Source: Pseudoalteromonas tetraodonis
GTDB taxonomy: Bacteria > Pseudomonadota > Gammaproteobacteria > Enterobacterales > Alteromonadaceae
DNA: 32,000 nt
NCBI RefSeq assembly: GCF_002310835.1
Contig: NZ_CP011042.1
Location: 120,001 to 152,000 of the forward strand
Reading direction: 5' to 3'
The translations under genes were made by a program, and so were the position numbers. Below the pieces are notes generated by a model, which made no database searches, was not told the DNA's origin, and saw only the letters and a program-made list of their open reading frames with translations. This document shows positions 1-7,345 of this stretch, piece after piece (position 1 is the stretch's first letter; each line of letters opens with the position of its first letter).

Positions 1-1152
1 TTTAAGTATTTCTTCGCGGTGGGCTACAAACAAAAAGTGTGCGTTTGGGTTTTTATCGTAAACAGTTTTAAAGTCGAACGCCGATATAATGGTTTTACCC
101 GTGCCCGTTGCGGCAACCACTAAATTTTTAAAGCGATTATGCACGCTACGTTCAACGCTTAGTTTTTCTAAAATAGCGAGCTGGTGCGTTTTTGGTGTTA
201 TATCAAAATAAAACTGGCTACTTGCTTGGCCAACACCGCGTTGCTCATTAAGTGAATTTATGAGCTTTTCTTTACATTCAGCTTTGCCAGTAAATAGTTC
301 GAAATCTGGCGATTGCCAGTAGGTTTCAAAGGTACTTTTGGTTTTAGCTATAATGTGCGGTATTTCTTGCGCGGTAATTTTTAAGTTCCACTCAAGGCCG
401 CTGGTAAGCGCTGAATGCGACAAATTAGACGAGCCAATATAACCGGTATGAAAACCCGTATTACGCATAAACAAGTATGACTTTGCGTGTAAGCGCTCTT
501 GCTGGTTGTTGTAACTAAGTTTTACTTCAGTGTTTGGTAGGTTTGCTAAAAACTCCACCGCTTTAGCATCCGTTGCGCCCATGTACGAGGTGGTAATAAC
601 TTTGAGCTTATTGCCGCTTTTGGTAAAGGCTTCAAGCTCATTTTTAAATATGCGCAGCCCTGTCCATTTTATAAATGAGACAAGCCAGTAAATAGTGTCG
701 GACGATTTAATCTCGCGCTTTAGCTCGGTTTCGAGCGATATACCTGCATTAGCACCGCTAAATAATTCGCTTTGTGTAAGCCCTGTTAGCGGAAAAATAT
801 CGTGAGAGTAATCTTTAAGATTTGCAGCAATAGGGTTTTGAGTATTAAACAGTGCAGTAAGAATACGGCCTTGGCTGTCGATAAGGTTTTCATTGATCAG
901 CTCGTCATCGCGGATATGATCTTTAAGCCACAGCACAAGGTTGTTTGCGAGGTTAATTTGCTCGTGCAAACGCTCGCTTGAATTAGGGATTGCATCAATG
1001 GCATGTTCAACCAGCTTGCCTAAAAAACGCGAAAGCCACGTAGCCGCCTCAGCCGATTCTAGTTGGCGTTCGCCCACATAAAATTGGTCACGATTTAAAT
1101 TTTGCTCAATTACTTGTGTAATTAACTGCTCGTAAATACCAATCTGTTGCAT
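1..1152 (-). CDS. PLD-family nuclease domain fused to an SF2 (ResIII/DEAD-like) helicase. Only the N-terminal 384 aa are present; the gene continues off the left edge.
   Basis: Absent from the ORF track because it is open at the window edge. My minus-strand translation from ATG (1152..1150) reads MQQIGIYEQLITQVIEQNLNRDQFYVGERQ... with no stop through position 1. It contains QQERLHAKSYLFMRNTGFHTGYIGSSNLSHSAL (HxK...GSxN PLD motif) followed by FKNLVVAATGTGKTIISAFD (Walker A / helicase motif I). Confidence 0.75.
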   Translation of the reverse strand, partial: MQQIGIYEQLITQVIEQNLNRDQFYVGERQLESAEAATWLSRFLGKLVEHAIDAIPNSSERLHEQINLANNLVLWLKDHIRDDELINENLIDSQGRILTALFNTQNPIAANLKDYSHDIFPLTGLTQSELFSGANAGISLETELKREIKSSDTIYWLVSFIKWTGLRIFKNELEAFTKSGNKLKVITTSYMGATDAKAVEFLANLPNTEVKLSYNNQQERLHAKSYLFMRNTGFHTGYIGSSNLSHSALTSGLEWNLKITAQEIPHIIAKTKSTFETYWQSPDFELFTGKAECKEKLINSLNEQRGVGQASSQFYFDITPKTHQLAILEKLSVERSVHNRFKNLVVAATGTGKTIISAFDFKTVYDKNPNAHFLFVAHREEILK

Positions 1153-1410
1153 TAAATCGCTCCCTGTTTGCGAGCATTCAGTTTACTAAAAAATGCAATG
1201 TAAACAAGCATTAACTCATTATTGAATTAAAGGCAGCTGTTAAGATAATTCCCCCGTCATTTTGCCCGAAAAGACTCAATTGATGAGTAATTAATTGCAT
1301 GGAAGCAATTAAAGACGTGACTTCGCCATGGACGGCGAATACACGGCGTTTACGTTCATATCAATTTAGGCTTTGAGGAAAGTGCAAAATGCTCGGGGCG
1401 CCGAGAGATT

Positions 1411-1442
1411 CCAAAGAGAAGTCGGCGGTTACTTCTCTTTGG
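1411..1442 (-). other. 12-bp perfect-stem hairpin downstream of the lipoprotein gene. It may be a terminator or a short relative of the intergenic repeat family.
   Basis: ccaaagagaagt (1411-1422) / loop cggcggtt / acttctctttgg (1431-1442). There is no T-run on the minus strand after it. The caaagagaag..gcgg string resembles the repeat core seen at 4194-4273 and 27770-27835. Confidence 0.3.
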
Positions 1443-1481
1443 TTGCCGTCGCCAACGCGACATTTTCTTTAGTTAATTAGA

Positions 1482-2144
1482 CTATTTATTAATTTCTTCA
1501 ACAGTTCTAATTACAGCTTTTTTTAAAGCGCTGCGCATAACTTCGTTAGTTAATTGATCCAATAATGTCTTATGGAGGACCCCCATACCCTCATTATTGG
1601 CCATAGTTGCATCAAATAATTCACGTGTAATTAATTCTTCCCCTAGCTTATTTACTAATGAAAGTGAAAAAGAAACATTTCTATTGCAGTCTAAAGTCCA
1701 CGCACCATGACAATTAACATCAAAACTCATCAGGTCTGCAGAAATTAACATTTCAACTTGATTATTTATTGCAATATTACTTAGTAGTTTCGCTTCGCTA
1801 GATGCGGGTATTATGTCAATCTTTTTTGCATTTACACCTAATGATTGAAGTTCATCAATAAAGGCATTTCTTATAAAGTCGGCAACTCTAACAAATTCCT
1901 GTCCATCACTTGTCATGCCGATTGTTGCAGGGCCCATTCGCATAACTGCTTTTTCTGCTAATTCATCTTTAACAGTGGCAAGGTTTCTTTTATCTCTCCA
2001 TTGGGTTACACCAATAGAGTCGATGTTTTTAACCTCTACACTTTCGATTGTTTTTTTATGGTATTCCACAGGGAATGAGTTTTGTATAGTACAACCAGAT
2101 AAAATGGATAAGAAAGTGGCAGTTATAGTAAGTTTTTTTAACAT
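1482..2144 (-). CDS. Lipoprotein of unknown function
   Basis: ORF track 1482..2192. Internal Met17 (ATG at 2144..2142) gives MLKKLTITATFLSILSGC with an L-S-G-C lipobox and GGA about 10 nt upstream. No domain recognised. Hand counts of four 60-nt samples give about 35% GC. Confidence 0.6.
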   Translation of the reverse strand: MLKKLTITATFLSILSGCTIQNSFPVEYHKKTIESVEVKNIDSIGVTQWRDKRNLATVKDELAEKAVMRMGPATIGMTSDGQEFVRVADFIRNAFIDELQSLGVNAKKIDIIPASSEAKLLSNIAINNQVEMLISADLMSFDVNCHGAWTLDCNRNVSFSLSLVNKLGEELITRELFDATMANNEGMGVLHKTLLDQLTNEVMRSALKKAVIRTVEEINK

Positions 2145-2484
2145 ATATTTATTTCCATATAAGGCTAAATATCGCACTTTTATCAAGTGCAAACCTAAAA
2201 AAGTTTAATTACTTACAATGATACACAAATTTTTATGAAAATAAGATCAATACTTTCAAATGGCTAAGTTATATTACAAATATAATAAACAGGTAAAAAT
2301 TTGTAGGGGTCATTTCTATATAACTAAAAAGTAGATACAAACTCTCATCACAAACTGCTACAACAATCCCGCTCAGGCATGATTTAACAATTTGCTTAAA
2401 CTATCTGTTTCTATTTTAGATTCAATCCTCTATATTCAGCCTAGGCGCCCAAAGGAAAAACAGCACTCAATTTAGGGATAAATA

Positions 2485-2961
2485 ATGATTAAATGGATTT
2501 TATTGATACTACTTTGCGTATTCACTTCTCTCCCGCAAGCATACGAGCAATACTCGCAAGAACATTGCGATAGTATTGTAAAAGAACGTGAAACAATACG
2601 TTCACGGTTGCGTCAAAGCTATAAGGTGAAAGAAGGTGAGCGGTTAAAAGCACGGTTTAAATATTTGTTTGAAGAACTTGCAAAGCATTGTGATAAGCCC
2701 AAACAAACCAATCGAACATATCAACGCTCTTCGGCTTACAGCTCAAGTAACAATGCATTATTGCACACGCGGGTGCCTAATATGAAATTGCATAGCGACA
2801 GCTATAGCGATCCCGAAAAGCTAGCTGCATGGTCTGAATTTTATACTTTACCAAAGCGATGCCGTTCAAAAGGAATGCAATCATCCGATTTCGTGTGGTG
2901 CAGTGAATACCGTGGTGAACAAAAGCGCTTATTTGAAGCCCAGTGGAACAAGCGACGATAA
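2485..2961 (+). CDS. Secreted hypothetical protein (158 aa)
   Basis: Signal-peptide-like N-terminus MIKWILLILLCVFTSLPQA, then a Cys-bracketed basic helical segment (HCDSIVKERE...AKHCDKP). The stop at 2959-2961 lies 2 nt before the next ATG. Confidence 0.55.
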   Translation: MIKWILLILLCVFTSLPQAYEQYSQEHCDSIVKERETIRSRLRQSYKVKEGERLKARFKYLFEELAKHCDKPKQTNRTYQRSSAYSSSNNALLHTRVPNMKLHSDSYSDPEKLAAWSEFYTLPKRCRSKGMQSSDFVWCSEYRGEQKRLFEAQWNKRR

Positions 2962-2963
2962 AG

Positions 2964-4094
2964 ATGTTGAGCACAAAATGGCGCGTGCTATTTGTATTTA
3001 TTGTGCTGTTAATTGCAGCGGCACTTATTGCTAATCACCTAACTGGGCGGGTATTCAACTACCATGATCCTATTGGCAGTGTACGGACTATTTACGAGGA
3101 TTTAAAAGTCGAAATCGAAGTAGTTGAAGAAACAGAGCAAACCCTAATTAAACCCTCTGCAGGCTCGTTTACCACTAAAACAGTAATACAAAACCATTTA
3201 CCACAAGCCGATACAACGCGTTGTACAGATGTTTCATTAGGTGAAGTTAAATATAAGCGTAATGGCAATATTTACACTTGGACTGATAGCCATGGTGTGC
3301 CCCATTTTAGTGATACTAAGCCAGACTTTGCGGTTGAAACACTTGATACTGACTTAGTTGAGCCGCTCGATTACTTTGAATTAACGCTACAGGCCGCTAA
3401 TTTACCGCCGTCGTTTACAGAAGAATTGCGGATAAAACTAAATACTGTGTTTAAAGTATATGGCCAAATTATAGGGGCAGATGCATTAAAAAAGGTAAGG
3501 TTAAACCTGACTGTATTTGCAACACGAAGTCGTTACGAACAAGCGATTAAACAGCGCGGGGCAGATCCAAGTAATACTGATGGTATATATTTTCATGCTA
3601 CTAACTCTGCGTTTATATATTATCGAAACGAACAAAGCGCAATGCGCACAGCAATACACGAAGCGGTACATGCTATAAACAAAGCAATACTAGGCACAAC
3701 TCCTCGTTGGCTTAATGAAGGGCTGGCTGAATATTTTGAATATACCAAAAACAGCATGCAATTAGTCAGCATTGAACCTCACCTAAGTTGGATAAGTAAC
3801 AAACACATAGCGCAAAGTGTTTTCACTATTAATTGGTTGATAGGTTTAGATAACAAATGGCAAACAGCTGATGACACTAAACTTTATGCGAGCAGTTGGG
3901 CGGCGATATATTTTTTAATGGGCTCGAGCAAAGGCAAGCAGTTTTTAAAAAGCGTTATGTTAGCCGAGCAAAATTCACCTTGCAGTAAACTCACAGCTGA
4001 AACACTGGAAAGTATGTTGTATCAGCACTTTCCGCAGCTATCTAAAGACTATAAAACATGGTTAAACAAACCATTTATAAAGCACCGTTTTTAA
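2964..4094 (+). CDS. Membrane-anchored DUF4124-like / gluzincin (peptidase-MA-like) protein
   Basis: ORF track 2943..4094 starts at GTG. ATG at 2964 gives MLSTKWRVLFVFIVLLIAAALIA as an anchor. YTWTDSHGVPHFSD resembles the DUF4124 signature. AIHEAVHAI...WLNEGLAEYFE is HExxH plus a downstream Glu. Confidence 0.6.
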   Translation: MLSTKWRVLFVFIVLLIAAALIANHLTGRVFNYHDPIGSVRTIYEDLKVEIEVVEETEQTLIKPSAGSFTTKTVIQNHLPQADTTRCTDVSLGEVKYKRNGNIYTWTDSHGVPHFSDTKPDFAVETLDTDLVEPLDYFELTLQAANLPPSFTEELRIKLNTVFKVYGQIIGADALKKVRLNLTVFATRSRYEQAIKQRGADPSNTDGIYFHATNSAFIYYRNEQSAMRTAIHEAVHAINKAILGTTPRWLNEGLAEYFEYTKNSMQLVSIEPHLSWISNKHIAQSVFTINWLIGLDNKWQTADDTKLYASSWAAIYFLMGSSKGKQFLKSVMLAEQNSPCSKLTAETLESMLYQHFPQLSKDYKTWLNKPFIKHRF

Positions 4095-4170
4095 AAAGAT
4101 ATTTAAAGCTGCGCTTTTCGCGTCAGCAAGCTTAACGCCTACGCTGATAAAAAGCGCTAGGTTGTGTTTT

Positions 4171-4300
4171 CTGCCCGTCGCTCGCTGCTCGAAACCCGCT
4201 GTCTTCTCTTTGTGCAAATATAGTTTTAAGTGATTTATTCGCAAAGAGGTTATGAGGCGCTGCGCTAAAGAGGTAACGCAAAAGGGACTAGGCGCTTTAA
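4171..4300 (-). repeat. Intergenic structured repeat, copy A (inverted relative to copies B, C and D)
   Basis: The reverse complement reads cctctttagcgcagcgcctcataacctctttgcgaataaatcacttaaaactatatttgcacaaagagaagacagcgggtttcgagcagcgagcgacggg. This aligns by eye with 6120-6215, 27755-27835 and 27951-28033. Confidence 0.7.
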
Positions 4301-4346
4301 GCTCGAACCTCGAAGCTCGAAGCTCGAAGCTCGAACCTCGAAGCTC
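4301..4346. repeat. Heptamer microsatellite (tcgaagc/tcgaacc) x6
   Basis: gc|tcgaacc|tcgaagc|tcgaagc|tcgaagc|tcgaacc|tcgaagc|tc, read directly. Confidence 0.9.
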
Positions 4347-4392
4347 ATTTCGTATCTATTTAAATAATATTGCAATCATATTAAATACCGCT

Positions 4393-4435
4393 AAACTAAT
4401 CATTAGTATATTAATGACCGATTAGGTAGTCATTT
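4393..4435 (+). promoter_or_regulatory. Operator-like leader of hipBA, with three (a/g)tcatta half-sites
   Basis: taatcatta (4397-4405), a 6-nt spacer, then taatgaccg (4412-4420) form an imperfect inverted repeat (7/9). A third half-site gtagtcattta abuts the hipB ATG. HipB-type XRE repressors are known to bind palindromic operators upstream of hipBA. Confidence 0.4.
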
Positions 4436-4735
4436 ATGAGATCTGAACAAGCATTAAAACTGGCGCGTCGATTGGGTGATTTAATTCGCCAGCATCGTAC
4501 TTTACTTTATACCCAGAGCACGTTCGCTAAGATGATTGGTGTATCTCGCTCCACGGTACAAAAGCTTGAGCAAGGGGAGGTAGTAAAAAGCGATATATTG
4601 TTTGAATCCCTTGTTGTACTTCAATTGCAAGGCTCATTACTGGATGAAATTAACGAGCTTGCCGCAGATGTGGGCGGTTATAATGCAAGACAGCGTAAAA
4701 GCAATAAAACTCAGGTGATTAACGATGACTTCTGA
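4436..4735 (+). CDS. hipB: HipB-like XRE-family HTH antitoxin
   Basis: 99 aa. The HTH is QSTFAKMIGVSRSTVQKLEQGE. It overlaps the downstream HipA-family gene by 11 nt. Confidence 0.8.
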   Translation: MRSEQALKLARRLGDLIRQHRTLLYTQSTFAKMIGVSRSTVQKLEQGEVVKSDILFESLVVLQLQGSLLDEINELAADVGGYNARQRKSNKTQVINDDF

Positions 4736-5930
4736 AGCCTATGTATTTATTGACGGTTTAGAAGACAACCCGGTAATTTGTGGTTTTTTTAAGTTAAATA
4801 CACAAACAGGCCGAGGTGAGTTTAATTATGGTAAAAGTTACCTTGCGCGCTCTGATGCGTTTGCGCTCGATCCGCTGCATTTACCATTACAGCCTGGCAT
4901 CGTTAGTTATTCTGCCAATAAAGGTGTGTTTGGGGTGTTAAGTGATGCGGGGGCTGATTCGTGGGGGCGTAAGCTTATACTGTCGCTACATAATACCAAA
5001 CCAAAAAATGAGCTAGAATTTTTACTCGCAGGCTCTGGGTATGGTGTTGGCGCCTTGGTATTTAGTTTGTCGCGCAGCGCATCAAAACATAAAGCGAATA
5101 AAAATACTTTAGCCGATTTAGCCTTATTGGATCAAGCAAAGGACGATTTGCTCGCCAATAAAACGATTTCACAGGAAGCAAAAAAAGCCTTTGAATTTGG
5201 TCAAAGCATGGGGGGAGCAAGACCTAAAACCTCTGTGAAAATTGACCAAAAACTTTATTTGGCAAAGTTTAATCGTCAAGACGATTTGTTTAATTTAGCT
5301 AGGGCTGAGCATGGCGCTATGTGTATGGCTAATGAATTGGGGATTCGCACTGCAAATACCCGTATTCATGAAACAGAAAATGGCGATGTTCTGTTAGTTG
5401 AACGTTTTGATGTAAGCGATGACTTACCAACTCATCACTTTTTAAGCGCCAATAGCTTATTACAAAAACCAAAAGTCGCGATAAACGACTTAGCAACATA
5501 CTATAGCTACGGTGAATTGGCTGAATTTATTCGCCACCACACAGGTGAGTTCGCTGCTGATGCTACAGAGCTCTACAAGCGAATGGTATTTAACGTATTT
5601 ATTGGTAATACTGATGATCACAGCCGAAATCATGCATTTTTGTATCACTTTTCAGGGCAAACGTGGCGTATGAGCCCCGCTTATGATATTACCCCTATTA
5701 ATAACTCAAAGCAGCATGGCATAGGGCTTGGTGATGATGGCCGATATGCTAGTATCGATAATTTACTGTCGCAAGCCAAACGCTTCGGCCTCAACAAGGC
5801 TCAAGCAACAAAAATAATTGCCGAGGTTGAGAGCTATACTCGCCAGTGGCCAGCGCACTTTAAACGTTTTGCTAATATCAGTGATATTGACATAAAACGC
5901 TTAGAAAGCGTGATACCCTCTATAAGTTAA
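4725..5930 (+). CDS. hipA: HipA-family serine/threonine kinase toxin
   Basis: 401 aa. It has a GGARPKTS phosphate-binding loop, the NTDDHSRNHAF catalytic motif and MSPAYDITP (Mg-binding Asp). The HipA N-terminal coupling region is present. Confidence 0.9.
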   Translation: MTSEAYVFIDGLEDNPVICGFFKLNTQTGRGEFNYGKSYLARSDAFALDPLHLPLQPGIVSYSANKGVFGVLSDAGADSWGRKLILSLHNTKPKNELEFLLAGSGYGVGALVFSLSRSASKHKANKNTLADLALLDQAKDDLLANKTISQEAKKAFEFGQSMGGARPKTSVKIDQKLYLAKFNRQDDLFNLARAEHGAMCMANELGIRTANTRIHETENGDVLLVERFDVSDDLPTHHFLSANSLLQKPKVAINDLATYYSYGELAEFIRHHTGEFAADATELYKRMVFNVFIGNTDDHSRNHAFLYHFSGQTWRMSPAYDITPINNSKQHGIGLGDDGRYASIDNLLSQAKRFGLNKAQATKIIAEVESYTRQWPAHFKRFANISDIDIKRLESVIPSIS

Positions 5931-5938
5931 AGGCTAAT

Positions 5939-5986
5939 AAAGCAGTCATTAGTGGTTTAATGACTGATTAAGTAGTCATTTATTAA
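5939..5986 (+). repeat. Second copy of the hipBA operator-like leader, just downstream of the hipA stop
   Basis: Ungapped alignment of 5939-5986 with 4393-4440 gives 38/48 identical by hand count (33/38 in the core). It contains a perfect 9-bp inverted repeat, cagtcatta (5943-5951) / taatgactg (5958-5966). The position equivalent to the hipB ATG reads ATT. Confidence 0.65.
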
Positions 5987-6023
5987 TTGGCGCTTATATG
6001 AACCTTAAAGCGGGAATGAGAAG

Positions 6024-6235
6024 GCAGCGGGCTTCGAGCGACGAGGCGCGGGTAAAATGCAAAAGCCTATAAATACGCGATATAAAATTGCTGCTACAGA
6101 ATAATATTTGGCTTTTTTATTTCCTCTAAAAGCGCAGCGTCTCATAATCTCTTTATGAATAAATTACTTAAAAATTATTTGAACACAGAGAAGACAACGG
6201 GCTTCGAGCGACGAGTAGCGAGCTTGTACAAACAC
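6024..6235 (+). repeat. Intergenic structured repeat, copy B
   Basis: gcgatataaaattgctg...ggcttttttatttcctctaaaagcgcagcgtctcataatctctttatgaataaattacttaaaaattatttgaacacagagaagacaacgggcttcgagcgacgag. The gggcttcgagcgacgag string occurs on both sides (6029-6045 and 6199-6215). Confidence 0.7.
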
Positions 6236-6273
6236 TAGAACCTAGAACCTAGAACCTAAAACCTAAAACCTAG
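6236..6273. repeat. Heptamer microsatellite: tagaacc x3, taaaacc x2, then a partial tag
   Basis: tagaacc|tagaacc|tagaacc|taaaacc|taaaacc|tag, read directly. Confidence 0.9.
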
Positions 6274-6334
6274 CTCGTAGCCCGAAACCCGCGTTCCAAA
6301 CATAAAACGCGCTGCATAAAGCCCTGCCTACAGG

Positions 6335-7183
6335 TTAGTCGGCCAGGGCGCTATTTGTGGGTTGATAAGCGCCATTATCTAACGCATCAAAGTAGGCTTG
6401 ATAACGGCCGTTTTGTTTAAATTTAAGTAATTGCTGGTTAAATATTTCAAGCCGCTGTTCACTGAGTGGGTTATTTTTAGGGAACATCATAAAGCTTTGG
6501 TTTACCAACAATGCTTTGGGGTGGTGATTAATAGCGCTGAATAGGTCAGGTAATTTACTCGCTAATGTGAAATAGCCTACGCTTTGCTCTTCGGCAAAGG
6601 CGTCGATTCTGCCCATAGCTAAGCGTTTAAAGTTTTGCTCTGTGGTACTTACTCGCGACATATCGAATAAGCCTTCATCGGCTGCTTTATCAAAGTCTTT
6701 GCCGTAACTGTAGGCAAGCCCACCACCGAGTAATAAGCCTTTTAAATCGTTTAGATTTTGCCAATCAAAAGGGCGTTGTTTATGATAAAAAAATACAAAA
6801 CGCTCGTTTAGCACTGGCTCACTGTAAAAATAATTCTTAGTACGTTGTTGTTCAAACATCCATACGGCAGTGGCTGCGTATTTATCATTAATGGTGTCGT
6901 GGTAAGCACGCGGCCACGGTAAAAAGGTAAAGTTAACTTTAATGTTAGCTTGTGCAAATATATCGGTAATTAAATGCGCAACCACGCCTTTGTGAGGCAG
7001 CGATTCGCTTAAAAAAGGTGGCCATTCGCCTGTACTTATATTTAAAGTAGCATGGTGATTAGGCGCTTTGCTTGAGGGTTGTATTGCTTCAATTGCGTGC
7101 GTGTAATGACTGGTAAAAGCCATCAGCAAAAAAGATGCGATATAAATACGGTATCTTAATTTAGCTGATAACATAACATGCAT
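6335..7183 (-). CDS. Periplasmic solute-binding protein (family 3 / amino-acid ABC-type SBP fold), orphan
   Basis: 282 aa. The signal peptide is ...ASFLLMAFTSHYTHA. The EWPPF...LPWPRA... layout is typical of transporter substrate-binding-domain proteins. No permease or ATPase gene is adjacent. Confidence 0.65.
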   Translation of the reverse strand: MHVMLSAKLRYRIYIASFLLMAFTSHYTHAIEAIQPSSKAPNHHATLNISTGEWPPFLSESLPHKGVVAHLITDIFAQANIKVNFTFLPWPRAYHDTINDKYAATAVWMFEQQRTKNYFYSEPVLNERFVFFYHKQRPFDWQNLNDLKGLLLGGGLAYSYGKDFDKAADEGLFDMSRVSTTEQNFKRLAMGRIDAFAEEQSVGYFTLASKLPDLFSAINHHPKALLVNQSFMMFPKNNPLSEQRLEIFNQQLLKFKQNGRYQAYFDALDNGAYQPTNSALAD

Positions 7184-7345
7184 GTGTATAAGTCTCTCCT
7201 TCTATTAAATATACCCTTTTGGGATATAAAGCGGCTTTGAGCGTTGCTTAAAAAACAGGCTATTTTAAAGGCGTTAACTGAATGTAGGCTTAAGGGCTAT
7301 ACCGTCGCTTTACAGACTTATTTTAAGTATTTTTATGTTACCGCG

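Noticed and set aside
1915-2208. Antisense or overlapping short ORFs inside annotated genes: 1915..2208, 2777..2974, 12406..12591, 14285..14596, 14915..15157, 16481..16741, 16620..16910, 17044..17250, 17447..17794, 18769..18966, 19033..19377, 19491..19727, 19750..20061, 20035..20289, 25048..25233, 28095..28328, 29658..30029, 30135..30356, 30991..31182, 31016..31225.
   Set aside because: Each lies within or antisense to a longer ORF with clear domain signatures. None shows recognisable motifs or translation signals.
4062-4244. 60-aa minus-strand ORF lying inside repeat copy A.
   Set aside because: It starts at TTG inside the repeat core. The equivalent frame in copy C reads ttg tga (a stop at codon 2), so the repeat is not conserved as coding sequence.
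4301-4346. Tandem arrays considered as possible CRISPR or mini-CRISPR.
   Set aside because: The unit is only 7 nt with no spacers, and there are no cas genes. These are microsatellites.
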